Below the pieces are notes generated by a model. It saw only the letters and a list, made by a program, of their open reading frames with translations. It was not told where the DNA came from and made no database searches. 64,000 nucleotides of DNA, taken from assembly GCA_037189525.1 (NCBI GenBank), contig JBBCJC010000005.1, positions 96,001 to 160,000 on the forward strand, in the 5' to 3' direction. Both the position numbers and the translations under genes were made by a program. This DNA is from Gemmatimonadales bacterium (GTDB taxonomy: Bacteria; Gemmatimonadota; Gemmatimonadetes; Gemmatimonadales; GWC2-71-9). This document shows, in pieces, positions 41,130 through 51,392 of the stretch. Numbering within the stretch: the first letter of the stretch is position 1; each line of letters begins with the position of its first letter.

Positions 41130-42347
41130 TCAGTGACCGATCAGATGACCGAGCTTGTCGCGCTTGGTCGCAAGGTAGGCGCGATTGTCTTCGGTGGGCG
41201 GCAGCACCAGCGGCACCCGCTCCACGATCGACAGCCCGTAGGCATCGACACCCACCACCTTGCGCGGATTGTTGGTCATCAGACGAATGGTCGTGAGCCC
41301 CAGATCGCGCAGGATCTGGGCGCCGATGCCGTAGTTGCGCAGGTCGGGCGCAAAGCCGAGATCCTGATTGGCCTGCACCGTGTCGGCCCCGCTGTCCTGC
41401 AGCTCATAGGCGCGCAGTTTGTTGAGCAGCCCGATCCCGCGGCCCTCCTGATCGAGATAGACGATTACGCCCCGCCCCGCTTCAGCCACCTGGCGCATGG
41501 CGGCGTCAAGTTGTTCGCCGCAGTCGCAGCGCAGCGAATGGAAGACGTCGCCCGTCAGACACTTGGAGTGCATCCGGACCAGCAGGTTGGGCTGCCCTTC
41601 GGCATCGCCGTAGACCAGCGCGACATGCTCCGCGGCATCCACGTCGTTCCGATACCCGACGATCCGGAAAACCCCATACGGCGTCGGCAGCCGCGCTTCC
41701 GCAATCCGGTGGACCAGCCGCTCCTGCGTCAGCCGGTAAGCCACCAGCTGCGCCACCGTTACGAACGTCAGCCCATGTCGCTCGGCAAACTCGAACAGTT
41801 CGCCGCGTCGCGCCATGGTGCCGTCGGGATTCAGGATCTCGCAGATCACCGCCGCCGGGTTGAGTCCCGCCAGCCGCGCAAGATCTACCCCGGCCTCGGT
41901 CTGGCCCACCCGCTGCAGCACTCCGCCGGGCCGGGCCCGGAGCGGAAAGATGTGTCCCGGACGCCGGAGATCGTTCGGCTGCGTTTCCGGACGAATCGCC
42001 ACCTGGATGGTGCGAGCCCGGTCGGCGGCCGAGATACCGGTCGTGACACCGAAACGCCGCTCGGCATCGATGCTGACCGTGAAGGCCGTTCCCATCGACT
42101 CCGAGTTTTCGAGCGTCATCTGCGGCAGCCCCAGCTGATCGCACCGCTCGGGCGTCAGGGTGAGACAGATCAGGCCGCGGCCATGAATCGTCATGAAGTT
42201 GATCAGGTCGGGCGTCACCAGTTCCGCCGCGGCGACCAGATCCCCTTCGTTTTCCCGATCTTCGTCGTCCGCCACGATGATGCACTTGCCGTTGCGGAGA
42301 TCGCTGATTGCCTGCTCGATCGTTCCAAAACCCATATCTGCCTGCAC
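41130..42347 (-). CDS. ribBA: DHBP synthase / GTP cyclohydrolase II
   Basis: [42 protein letters not shown]. Confidence 0.97.
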   Translation of the reverse strand: MQADMGFGTIEQAISDLRNGKCIIVADDEDRENEGDLVAAAELVTPDLINFMTIHGRGLICLTLTPERCDQLGLPQMTLENSESMGTAFTVSIDAERRFGVTTGISAADRARTIQVAIRPETQPNDLRRPGHIFPLRARPGGVLQRVGQTEAGVDLARLAGLNPAAVICEILNPDGTMARRGELFEFAERHGLTFVTVAQLVAYRLTQERLVHRIAEARLPTPYGVFRIVGYRNDVDAAEHVALVYGDAEGQPNLLVRMHSKCLTGDVFHSLRCDCGEQLDAAMRQVAEAGRGVIVYLDQEGRGIGLLNKLRAYELQDSGADTVQANQDLGFAPDLRNYGIGAQILRDLGLTTIRLMTNNPRKVVGVDAYGLSIVERVPLVLPPTEDNRAYLATKRDKLGHLIGH

Positions 42348-42354
42348 ACCGCCG

Positions 42355-42951
42355 CTAGCCGCGGCGACTCCCGACCAGATGTTTGACGTACTTTCCGATC
42401 ACGTCGCCCTCGACGTGGACTCGACTGCCCCGCTCCAGACTCCCAAGCGTGGTCACCGCCAGGGTGTGGGGAATCAGCGAGATCTGAATGATACCGACTT
42501 TCGGGATTGCATTCACCGTGAGACTGACCCCGGCCACGGTAATCGACCCGAGCGGAATCGAGACGGCCGCCACCGCCCGGGGCACCTTGAGATCGACCAG
42601 CCAGGCGTCGCCCGCGTGCCGGGTACCGGTCACGGTCGCAATCCCGTCGACATGGCCCTGGACCAGGTGGCCGCCCAGGCGGTCGCCCACTCGCGCGGCC
42701 CGTTCGAGGTTGACCCGGCTCCCCGGCGCCAATTCTCGCAGCAGGGTCCTCTCCAGCGTGGTCGCAATCGCATGGACCCGAAAGCCGCCCCGGACCCGCC
42801 GCTCGACCGTTAGGCAGGCCCCGTCGACCGCGATGCTCTCGCCGATTTCGAGCCCGCGATACGGCGCCCGGATGGTCAGATCGAGTCCCCCACTCTTCGT
42901 CGGCTTGGCAGCCTCGATCCGGCCGATGGCGGTAATGATCCCGGTGAACAT
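42355..42951 (-). CDS. ribE: Riboflavin synthase
   Basis: MFTGII, SIAVDGACLT, VNLERA, GGHLVQGHVD. Confidence 0.95.
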   Translation of the reverse strand: MFTGIITAIGRIEAAKPTKSGGLDLTIRAPYRGLEIGESIAVDGACLTVERRVRGGFRVHAIATTLERTLLRELAPGSRVNLERAARVGDRLGGHLVQGHVDGIATVTGTRHAGDAWLVDLKVPRAVAAVSIPLGSITVAGVSLTVNAIPKVGIIQISLIPHTLAVTTLGSLERGSRVHVEGDVIGKYVKHLVGSRRG

Positions 42952-42952
42952 C

Positions 42953-44023
42953 TCAGGCCCGATCGAACATGAGGAGGGTGTCCTGACCCAGCGCCTGTCG
43001 CTCGACGATGGTCCAGCGCTCGGCCTGCAACAGCGAAGGAACCTCGAAGCCACGCACCGCCTTGATCCCATGATCGCCGAGCCAGACCGGACTCACGATC
43101 CAGGCAAAGCGATCCACCAGCCCGCGCGCGAGCAGGCTGCCGCTCAGTCGCCCGCCCCCCTCGATCAGGATCGAGTCGATTCCCAACTGCTTGAGTTCCG
43201 AGAGCCCTTCGGCCAAATCACTGGTCAGGATGATGTCGACTCCGCGATCGGTCAGCGCATTCCGTTCGTTAGGCACGAGCCCGTCGCCGATCAGCACCGT
43301 GTGGCGCACCGCGGCGGTCCGGACCAGCGCCGAGTCGAGCGACAGCCGGCGCCGGCCAAGGAAAACCACCCGGGCGGGGGCGGTCCGGGGTTCGAGCGCG
43401 CCGCGCACGGTGAGCGACGGATCGTCGACCTGCGCCGTCCGGCCTCCGACCCCGATCGCTGCGAAGCCGGCCCGAAACCAGTGGACCCAGTCGCGCGCTT
43501 CCTCGCCGGAAATCCAGCGCGACACCCCGGCACTGTCCGCGATACAATGATCGAGGGAGGTGGCCAGCTTGACGGCCACGAACGGGCGATCGAGCTCGCT
43601 CACCGCATTCAGAAACGCCGAATTGAGTCGCTCGGCCGCTTCCCGTCCTAGGCCGGTCGCGACCTCGATACCGGCCTCCTCCAGCCGGGCCCGGCCACCC
43701 GCCGCCACTGGATTCGGATCCAGGCTGGCAATCACCACCCGGCGGATTCCGCTCGCAATGATTGTCTCGGCGCAGGAGGGCTGCTTGCCGGCGTGGGCAC
43801 AGGGCTCCAGGGTCACCACCATCGTGGCGCCCCGGGCACGCGGACCCGCCGCCGCCAGCGCAACTGCTTCGGCATGGGGACCGCCATACTCGGCATGGTA
43901 CCCCTCGCCGACGATCTGATCGCCGGCGAGGACTACGGCCCCGACCATGGGATTGGGATGGACTCGGCCCCAGCCCCGTCGGGCCAGTTCGAGGGCGCGG
44001 TCCATGGCGCGAACTTCGATCAC
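42953..44023 (-). CDS. ribD: Riboflavin biosynthesis deaminase/reductase
   Basis: PNPMVGAV, PHAE, TLEPCAH...C, KLATSLD, LIEGGG. Confidence 0.96.
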   Translation of the reverse strand: MIEVRAMDRALELARRGWGRVHPNPMVGAVVLAGDQIVGEGYHAEYGGPHAEAVALAAAGPRARGATMVVTLEPCAHAGKQPSCAETIIASGIRRVVIASLDPNPVAAGGRARLEEAGIEVATGLGREAAERLNSAFLNAVSELDRPFVAVKLATSLDHCIADSAGVSRWISGEEARDWVHWFRAGFAAIGVGGRTAQVDDPSLTVRGALEPRTAPARVVFLGRRRLSLDSALVRTAAVRHTVLIGDGLVPNERNALTDRGVDIILTSDLAEGLSELKQLGIDSILIEGGGRLSGSLLARGLVDRFAWIVSPVWLGDHGIKAVRGFEVPSLLQAERWTIVERQALGQDTLLMFDRA

Positions 44024-44025
44024 GC

Positions 44026-45012
44026 CTACAGTTTAAACCCGAGCCCCGCCCCGCCGAAGAACCGGCCCGATTTGGTATCGCTGGCCCTGAAAATGGTGGT
44101 CTGCCCGTCGCCTTTGCCGACCTGGAAGCCGGCCTCCAGCGTCAGCCGGGCCACCGAACCCAGCGCCACGGCAAAGTTGGTGGCGGTCACGATCCGCATG
44201 GTCGACACCGTCGAGTCAGCCCGGGAGGACGCGAGTCCGGTGGCCGGATCGCGGAACACGACCGAGTAGTTGCCCTTGATCAGGTCGGCCCCGCCCCCCG
44301 CAGTGAACTCGAAGGCGCCAAACTTGTGCCCCAGCATCAGCCGGGTGGTAATGGCCGAGACCGACAGCGTGTAGGCGTAGTCGCTGCCCGCATTGAGGTT
44401 CCCGACGGCGAATTTGGGGAGATTACTCTGCCCCACGTTGAGACTCACGGTCGGCATCGCGGAGGTTGGCACGAACGCCAGACGGAGGCCGTAGCCAAAG
44501 CCGAGCGCCATCCCGGCCACGCGACGCGTATCGGGAGTAAACCGGAAGTAGCCTCCCGCATCGTCGGGCATGGCGGTCACCGAGCCCAGGAAATCGGCCG
44601 AGGCGGCGCCGACCGGGAGAGCTTTCTGAAAGAGACCGAGGCGGAGATCCAGCCTGGGAGCGATGAACGAGGCGCGCCGGAGCGCCGGAACGGTATCGAC
44701 GCTGCCGTCATAGACCGTCGACGGCAGCACGGCCCGGAGCGCCGTGAATCGGAAGGTGACCCCGATATCGCCGAAGCCTCGTCCGCCGGCGGCGGTGCCG
44801 AGGCTCGGGTTCCCGCCGGTTGCCAGGAGCGCGGCAAACGGCGTGGTGGTAGTCAGAGCGTCGTATCCGGCGCGACAGACGGCCTGGGTCGCGCCGATGT
44901 GGGTCTCACACGGATGCGGAGCTGGCGGCTCCGGTTCGGTTTGGGCACTCGTGGTCGCCGCGCACACGAACGTGACGGCGAGGCCGATCAGCGTGGCGTA
45001 TCGCCTCTGCAC
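44026..45012 (-). CDS. Exported hypothetical protein, possible outer-membrane beta-barrel
   Basis: Signal peptide; alternating beta-strands; ends FFGGAGLGFKL; fills the purM-ribD gap. Confidence 0.65.
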   Translation of the reverse strand: MQRRYATLIGLAVTFVCAATTSAQTEPEPPAPHPCETHIGATQAVCRAGYDALTTTTPFAALLATGGNPSLGTAAGGRGFGDIGVTFRFTALRAVLPSTVYDGSVDTVPALRRASFIAPRLDLRLGLFQKALPVGAASADFLGSVTAMPDDAGGYFRFTPDTRRVAGMALGFGYGLRLAFVPTSAMPTVSLNVGQSNLPKFAVGNLNAGSDYAYTLSVSAITTRLMLGHKFGAFEFTAGGGADLIKGNYSVVFRDPATGLASSRADSTVSTMRIVTATNFAVALGSVARLTLEAGFQVGKGDGQTTIFRASDTKSGRFFGGAGLGFKL

Positions 45013-45036
45013 GCGGATCCCCCTGAAAAGCCAACG

Positions 45037-46059
45037 TCAGGTGAATCGCACTCCGCCCTGCCCGGCACGGACCTCTCCGGCGATCCACGTCTCGATGCCC
45101 ACCTTGCGAGCGGCTTCCCGCACGCGCTCGGCTGCGTCGGGCGGAACGGCCACGACTAGCCCGGCCCCGATGTTGAAGACCTGGCGCATCTCGTCGACCG
45201 AGACCTGCCCGGCTTCCATCAGGAAGGTGAACAGCGGCGGCCACTCCCAAGAGCGGGACTCGATGACCGCGTCCAGGGTGGAGGGCAATACCCGGACCAG
45301 ATTTCCCTCGAGCCCGCCCCCGGTGATATGGGCAATCCCGTGGACCAGATCGAGCACCGGATAGACCGCGTGAAAGTAGCTCTGATGGACCGCCAGAAGG
45401 GCCTCGCCGACGGTCGTGCCGGTGGCGCTAAGTGCTGAATCGACCGAGAGTTTGAGCCGATCGAAGCAGATCTTCCGGGCCAGGGTGTAGCCGTTGGTAT
45501 GGAGCCCGGTCGAGCGGTAGCCGATCAGGACATCCCCCGCCCTGATGGCGTCGCCGTGAAGGGCGGCAGATTCCTCCACCACCCCGACAATCGTGCCGGC
45601 CAGGTCGTAGTCGCCGGGGGCGTAGATGTCGGGCAGCGAGGCGGTTTCGCCGCCGGTCAGCGCCATCTCGTGGGCCCGGCAGCCGCGCGCCACCCCTTCG
45701 ACGATATCGGCAAGCTGGATCTCAGTCAGGCCGTTGGAGCCGATGTAATCCTGGAACGCGATGCCGCGGGCGCCGTGCACCAGGATGTCGTTGACGCTGT
45801 GGTTGACGATGTCCTCGCCCACCGTGTCGTAGCGCCCCGCCAGCTTGGCAACCAGGACCTTGGTGCCGACGCTGTCGGTGCTGGTGACCAGGATCGGCTG
45901 CTTCATCCCTTCGGGAATGCGCACCATGCCGCCGAACGCGCCCACCAATCCGCGGGAAAGCGGCGTCCTGGTGCTGGCGACGGCCTGGCCGATCCGCCGC
46001 TTGGCGGCCGCGAGCGCGTCGAGATCGACGCCGGCAGCTGCGTACTGCGGCCCGCTCAT
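45037..46059 (-). CDS. purM: Phosphoribosylformylglycinamidine cyclo-ligase
   Basis: YAAAGVD, DSVGTK, GGETA, GLHTNGY, AHITGGG. Confidence 0.96.
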   Translation of the reverse strand: MSGPQYAAAGVDLDALAAAKRRIGQAVASTRTPLSRGLVGAFGGMVRIPEGMKQPILVTSTDSVGTKVLVAKLAGRYDTVGEDIVNHSVNDILVHGARGIAFQDYIGSNGLTEIQLADIVEGVARGCRAHEMALTGGETASLPDIYAPGDYDLAGTIVGVVEESAALHGDAIRAGDVLIGYRSTGLHTNGYTLARKICFDRLKLSVDSALSATGTTVGEALLAVHQSYFHAVYPVLDLVHGIAHITGGGLEGNLVRVLPSTLDAVIESRSWEWPPLFTFLMEAGQVSVDEMRQVFNIGAGLVVAVPPDAAERVREAARKVGIETWIAGEVRAGQGGVRFT

Positions 46060-46976
46060 GGTAACTCCTCCGCCGAAGGGACTTTGGTCAGCTCGACGAA
46101 CGCCTGAACCCGTTTCTGCACGGTGTCGAAGTCGACTTTTTCGAAACCCTTGATCCCGAAACCCTGCACCGCAAACGACCCCATCGCCGAGCCGTAAACC
46201 ATGGCGCGGCGCATCTGCTCGGGCGCCGCCGAGCCCGCCCGCGCGAGGTAGCCCATGAACCCGCCGGCAAAAGCATCGCCGGCGCCGGTCGGATCGAAGA
46301 CTTCCTCCAACGGGTACGCCGGTACGTAAAAGGTTCGCCCCGGCTCGAGCAGGAGCGCACCGAACTCACCCTGTTTGATCACGACCCGGGTCGGGCCGTG
46401 TTCCAGAATCCAGCGGCCGGCCTTGTGGATGTTCCACTCGCCCGAGAGTTCGCGGGCTTCGCTATCGTTGACGAGCAGCATGTCGACCCGCTTGAGCAGC
46501 GCCATCAACTCCGGCCGCTTGCTCTGGATCCAGTAGTTCATGGTGTCGCACGCCACCAGCTTGGGCGTGTCGAGCTGTTCGAGTACCGTGAGCTGCAGCT
46601 CTGGATCGATGTTGCCCAGGAAGAGGAAGTCCGACGATTCCCACGCCGCCGGCAGCTTGGGCCGAAACGCCGCAAAGACACCGAGCCGGGTGTCGAGCGT
46701 TTCGCGGCTCTGCAGGTCGTAGCTGTATTTGCCCTTCCAGCGGAAGCTCTCGCCCTTGGCGCGCTCGACGCCGGTCCAGTCGATCCCGCGCGGCGCGAGC
46801 CGGTCGAGTTCGTGCACCGGATAGTCGTCGCCCACGACGCCGACCACCTTGACCTTGGACAGGAGAGACGCCGCCACACTGAAGTAGACGGCGGATCCGC
46901 CCAGCGCATCGGCGGTTTCGCCGAACGGCGTGTAGATGGAATCGAGGGCAACGCTCCCGACCACGAGCAAAGGCAT
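46056..46976 (-). CDS. PfkB-family carbohydrate/nucleoside kinase
   Basis: VGSVALD, LGGSA, DTMNYWI, DPTGAGDAFAGG. Confidence 0.93.
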   Translation of the reverse strand: MPLLVVGSVALDSIYTPFGETADALGGSAVYFSVAASLLSKVKVVGVVGDDYPVHELDRLAPRGIDWTGVERAKGESFRWKGKYSYDLQSRETLDTRLGVFAAFRPKLPAAWESSDFLFLGNIDPELQLTVLEQLDTPKLVACDTMNYWIQSKRPELMALLKRVDMLLVNDSEARELSGEWNIHKAGRWILEHGPTRVVIKQGEFGALLLEPGRTFYVPAYPLEEVFDPTGAGDAFAGGFMGYLARAGSAAPEQMRRAMVYGSAMGSFAVQGFGIKGFEKVDFDTVQKRVQAFVELTKVPSAEELP

Positions 46977-46981
46977 GATGA

Positions 46982-48619
46982 TTACATCCGTTCCGGGGCG
47001 GAGAGCCCCAAGAGTTGGAGTCCGTTGCGAAGGACGATGCGGGTGGCGCGGGCCAGCACGAGACGCGCCCGTTCGACGTCGGGCGCTTCGCCCAGGACGC
47101 GGCAGTGATGGTACCAGCCGTGTGCAATCCCGGCGAGTTCTTCCAGGTACGCGGTCACTCGATGCGGCTCCCGATCGGCGGCAGCCTTGGCTACCTGCTC
47201 CGGAAAGACGGTCAAGGCCTTGAGCAGTTCCTGATCCTGCGGCGCCGGCAGTCCCGCCAGGTCCGCAGTATCACCGGCGTCCTCGGGCGTCTTCCCGGCG
47301 GTCCGGAAGATCCCGCTCATCCGGGCGTGCGCCATCTGGACGTAGAAGATCGGATTCTCGTCGGTCCGCTTCTGCGCCAGGTCGATGTCGAAGACGAACG
47401 GGGTATCGGCTCGGCGCATCAGGAAGAAGTAGCGCGCGGCGTCGGTACCAACTTCGTCGAGTAGATCGCGCAGGGTCACGAAGTTCCCCGCCCGCTTGGA
47501 CATCTTCAGCTCTTCGCCGCCCTTGACCACTTTGACCAGCTGGACCATCGGCACCTCGAAACTCGAGGCCGGGTGACCCAGCGCCACCAGTACGGCGCGC
47601 ATCCGCGGGATGTAGCCGTGATGGTCGGCGCCCCAGACATCGATCAGGTTCTCGAACCCGCGCGAGAACTTGTCGACGTGATAGGCAATGTCCGGGGTCA
47701 GATAGGTGTAGCTGCCGTCGCTCTTCTTGAGGACTCGGTCCTTGTCGTCGCCGAACGAGGTGGTCCGCATCCAGACCGCGCCGTCCTGTTCGAAGATCAG
47801 GCCGCGCGACCTGAGCAGATCGAGGGTCGCCTCGATCTTACCCGAGTCGTAGAGCGACTGCTCGGAGGTGTGGACATCGAAGACCACGCCGAAGTCGCGG
47901 AGCAGCGTGTCCTGCTCGATCCGCTGGCTCTCCAGCGCAAACTGGCGGCAGACCGGCAGCGCTTCGGCTTCCGGCAGCTCGGCAAAGGCCGCGCCCTCGC
48001 GGGCCAGCAGCGCAGCGGCGGATTCGATCAGATACTCGCCGTGGTAGCCGCCTTCAGGGATCGACGCCTCCCGGCCGGCCGCCTGCTGCACCCGGGCCCA
48101 GAGGCTCTGCGCCACCTTGTCGATCTGGACGCCCGCATCGTTGATGTAGAACTCGCGGGTCACGTCGTGTCCGGTCCACTCCAGCAGCGCGGCGAGCGCA
48201 TCACCCAGCGCAGCACCACGACCGTGCCCGACATGCAGCGGACCGGTGGGATTGGCGGAGACGAACTCGACGTTGACCTTCTTGCCTGCCCCTGTCGTCG
48301 ACCGTCCGTAACCGGCATCGGCCGCGATGATGCTCGACAGTTGGCTCGCCAGGGCATCCTCGGCCAGCCAGAAGTTGATGAAGCCCGGGCCGGCGATTTC
48401 GGTCTTGGCAATCAGCCCGGCCGGCAGCGCCAGCTGCGCAATGACCGACTCGGCCAGCTTGCGCGGATTGGCCTTGAGCGACTTGGCCAGCACCATGGCG
48501 AGATTGGTGGCGAGATCACCGTGGCCGGCATCGCGCGGCCGCTCGACCACGAAGGCCGCATCGGGCGCGCCGAGTGCGGCGGCAATGCGGGCCAGCTCGG
48601 CGCGAATCGGATCGGTCAC
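46982..48619 (-). CDS. argS: Arginine--tRNA ligase
   Basis: SANPTGPLHVGHGR, WGADHHGY, KMSKRAG, YVQMAHAR. Confidence 0.97.
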   Translation of the reverse strand: MTDPIRAELARIAAALGAPDAAFVVERPRDAGHGDLATNLAMVLAKSLKANPRKLAESVIAQLALPAGLIAKTEIAGPGFINFWLAEDALASQLSSIIAADAGYGRSTTGAGKKVNVEFVSANPTGPLHVGHGRGAALGDALAALLEWTGHDVTREFYINDAGVQIDKVAQSLWARVQQAAGREASIPEGGYHGEYLIESAAALLAREGAAFAELPEAEALPVCRQFALESQRIEQDTLLRDFGVVFDVHTSEQSLYDSGKIEATLDLLRSRGLIFEQDGAVWMRTTSFGDDKDRVLKKSDGSYTYLTPDIAYHVDKFSRGFENLIDVWGADHHGYIPRMRAVLVALGHPASSFEVPMVQLVKVVKGGEELKMSKRAGNFVTLRDLLDEVGTDAARYFFLMRRADTPFVFDIDLAQKRTDENPIFYVQMAHARMSGIFRTAGKTPEDAGDTADLAGLPAPQDQELLKALTVFPEQVAKAAADREPHRVTAYLEELAGIAHGWYHHCRVLGEAPDVERARLVLARATRIVLRNGLQLLGLSAPERM

Positions 48620-48960
48620 TCCGCCGCCTTCTTGGTTGATTTCTTCGCCGGCTTGGCGGCGGGCTTGGCAGACGCGTCCTTGGGCGTGCTGTCACTCGAG
48701 GCGCTCGAGCTGTCGCTCTTGTCCGCCTTGGGCGCGCTGCTGCTCTCCGACGAGGAGGACTCCTTGCGGGGCCCCTTCCCGTCTTTGCCATAGTCGGTGA
48801 TGTAAAAGCCGCTGCCTTTGAAAATGAGGCCGGCTCCACCGGAGATTACCCGCTTGGCCGCCGCCCCGCATTCGGGGCACTTGGACTTGGGCTTATCAGA
48901 GATGCGCTGGAACGCTTCGAAACGGTGCCCTTTGGCACACTGATACTCGTACGTCGGCAT
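48616..48960 (-). CDS. FmdB-family zinc-ribbon protein with low-complexity tail
   Basis: MPTYEYQC...CPECG...FKGSGFYITDY. Confidence 0.92.
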   Translation of the reverse strand: MPTYEYQCAKGHRFEAFQRISDKPKSKCPECGAAAKRVISGGAGLIFKGSGFYITDYGKDGKGPRKESSSSESSSAPKADKSDSSSASSDSTPKDASAKPAAKPAKKSTKKAAE

Positions 48961-49188
48961 GGATCCTGGTCAGACGGCGTAAACAGATACAACCAATAAA
49001 CTTAGCCGACTTCCAGCCTCAACGCCAATCCCTCTGCCAAGCCCCTGCTGCCGCCCTAAATGCTCGAACGGTACGGCGCAGTACCGGTAGGCCTCTGGCG
49101 CCCACGCCGCCTGCGCACTAACGTGCGATCCACAGGGCCGGCCCGACTCTCCCGCTTGTTTATACCTTACATCCCGGATGTGCTTCGC

Positions 49189-51084
49189 ATGGACGAATTG
49201 CAGGCGCGAATCCTCGTCAAGCGCCTGGAGCAAGAGGCTGCCGCGCGGCCCTTGGCATATCGACTGCGAGTCGCCTGCCTCGCACTACTTGGGTACGGAT
49301 ACTTCGCAATGCTGGCGGCTTTTTCAATTGCCATCCTCTATGCGAGCTACATAGAAGGGGAGATCATCCGCGGCACGATTCCAGCGCTCTTAATTCTTGT
49401 CTTGTTGCTCTCCGCCTTCTGGATCAGGCTGGCACCTCCACTTGGCGTTCCGCTTCGCCGGAGTGAGGCTCCGGATCTCTGGGCGGCAATCGACCAAATA
49501 CGAGTTCAACTTCGGGCGCCCAAAATTCATGAAATTCGTATCAGTGACAAGCACAACGCCGCCATCGCGCAGATTCCCCGGCTAGGGATCTTTGGGTGGT
49601 ACAAAAACTATCTTGTCCTTGGCTTCCCATTGCTTCAGAGCCTCAGCCGAGATCAGGCGTTAGCCGTCATCGGGCATGAGCTCGGGCACCTGTCCAGGAA
49701 TCACGGCCGCTTTGCTGGATGGATTTACCGCCTCCGCATCGCTTGGAGCCGTCTGCACGCAATGTTCGTACGTCTGCACGCAATGTTCGTAAACGAACCC
49801 CACAGCCGCTGGTACGTTCTGTTCGTTCCGTTCATCAATCGGTATGCCCCGTACTTCGAAGCCTATAGCTTCGTCCTGGCTCGAGCCGATGAATACATCG
49901 CGGATCAATGCGCTGCTCAGGTAACAGATCAGGAGGCCGTACGGAGTGGATTGGTCCGGTTGGCATCGGTATCTCGATTCGCTCACGAGACGTTCTTGAG
50001 CTCGATGACCCCGCACCTGAAGAACGAACCTGAGCCACCGGGTGACATTCCGACCAGACTGGCCACCTACCTCCAGGAGCACGCAACGCAAGAGCGTCTC
50101 GCCCGTTACAGGGTCAATGCGGCCGCAGAACGGACCGGTTGGTCCGATACGCACCCGAGTCTGACAGACCGCCTCCGGGGACTCGGGTGGAAGGAGGTGC
50201 CGGAGCCTTCATGGTGCGCGCCGCCACAGCCTGGAGCAGATGCGGCTACCGTACTGCTGAGTCATACGACAATCGGACAGGTATTGGCTCGCCTGGGCGA
50301 CCACTGGCGGTCCACCTATCGTGATTTCTGGAACACAACCCACCATCGGATTCTGATGATTCAGGAGGACTTAAGCGCGCTCGAGGCGCGCGCAGCAACC
50401 GAGACGCTACCGCGCGCGGAGGCATGGAGTCGAATTCGTCTGACGCATCAACTCGACCCCAATCGGGCGTATCCCATGCTGCTGCCGTTCATTGCGGCCC
50501 ATCCGGACCACGCCGAGGCCCGTCTCTATTTCGGCCGCCACCTGGCAGATTTGGGAGACGATGCGGGAATAGACCACCTTCGCAAGGCAAGTCAACTCGA
50601 CGAGGACCTTCTGGTTCCTGCGTACCGTCTCATCGCCGTCGCTCTATCGTCCAAGGGCCGGCGTCAGGAAGCACTCTCGTTCGAGCGGACGGCAGAGGAC
50701 CGTGCAACGATCCTCGAAGCCGCCGATCTCGAGCGCCGTACCATGTCCCGAAAGATGGTTCTCGAGCCGGTCACTCTCCCCGCCGAGACCATTGCAGCTC
50801 TGCGGACGGCGGTAGCGCGATACCCAGATGCAATTCGAGTATATCTGGCCCGGCGGCGGGCTGAGACTTTGCCTGAGCGGCCCTGTTATCTGCTTGGCGT
50901 ACTACCGCGCCGGAAGCACCACCAGCAAGTGATCGACGAAGCCGACCTCCTCACACGACTGACCAACGACATCGAATGGCCGAAGTACGTCCAGGGCGTG
51001 ATCCTTGAGGACGACAACCGATGGCTACTTCATCGGATGCGTACTGGAGCCATCTTGCTCGACTCTCGACCCAATGATCAGTGA
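49189..51084 (+). CDS. M48 (HtpX/Ste24) metallopeptidase with C-terminal TPR-like region
   Basis: N-terminal TMs; HELGH, EYIAD, DTHPSL. Confidence 0.9.
   Translation: MDELQARILVKRLEQEAAARPLAYRLRVACLALLGYGYFAMLAAFSIAILYASYIEGEIIRGTIPALLILVLLLSAFWIRLAPPLGVPLRRSEAPDLWAAIDQIRVQLRAPKIHEIRISDKHNAAIAQIPRLGIFGWYKNYLVLGFPLLQSLSRDQALAVIGHELGHLSRNHGRFAGWIYRLRIAWSRLHAMFVRLHAMFVNEPHSRWYVLFVPFINRYAPYFEAYSFVLARADEYIADQCAAQVTDQEAVRSGLVRLASVSRFAHETFLSSMTPHLKNEPEPPGDIPTRLATYLQEHATQERLARYRVNAAAERTGWSDTHPSLTDRLRGLGWKEVPEPSWCAPPQPGADAATVLLSHTTIGQVLARLGDHWRSTYRDFWNTTHHRILMIQEDLSALEARAATETLPRAEAWSRIRLTHQLDPNRAYPMLLPFIAAHPDHAEARLYFGRHLADLGDDAGIDHLRKASQLDEDLLVPAYRLIAVALSSKGRRQEALSFERTAEDRATILEAADLERRTMSRKMVLEPVTLPAETIAALRTAVARYPDAIRVYLARRRAETLPERPCYLLGVLPRRKHHQQVIDEADLLTRLTNDIEWPKYVQGVILEDDNRWLLHRMRTGAILLDSRPNDQ
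49750..49791 (+). repeat. Perfect 21-bp tandem duplication inside the M48 gene
   Basis: CGTCTGCACGCAATGTTCGTA x2, encoding RLHAMFV RLHAMFV. Confidence 0.95.
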
Positions 51085-51123
51085 GGTACCGCGCGTCGTC
51101 CGAGGATTGCCATATTGGTACAC

Positions 51124-51330
51124 ATGAAGACGACACGAAACATCGACGACCGGCTACTGGCCGAGGCTCGCAGACTCACCCAGATCGAGGAAAAAACTGA
51201 GCCGGTTCGCGCTGACCTCGAAGCGCTGATCGCTCGGGAAAGCGCTTGTCGACTCGCTCGCCTCGGCGGATCCGAGCCTGTCATGCGACCGATCCCTCGC
51301 CGGCGGTCGCGGTCGCGCCGCGCCTCGTGA
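51124..51330 (+). CDS. vapB: VapB-family antitoxin (possibly decaying)
   Basis: MKTTRNIDDRLLAEARRL...EALIARESACRLARLGGSEP; stop overlaps the vapC GTG. Confidence 0.8.
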   Translation: MKTTRNIDDRLLAEARRLTQIEEKTEPVRADLEALIARESACRLARLGGSEPVMRPIPRRRSRSRRAS

Positions 51331-51392
51331 TCCTGGTCGACACATCGGTCTGGATCGACCACCGCCGCCGGGATAACGACCTGCTGGAGATG
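51327..51392 (+). pseudogene. vapC: VapC PIN toxin, 5' fragment only
   Basis: GTG-ILVDTSVWIDH; PIN similarity ends after about 22 codons, where the opposite-strand pseudogene begins. Confidence 0.8.
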
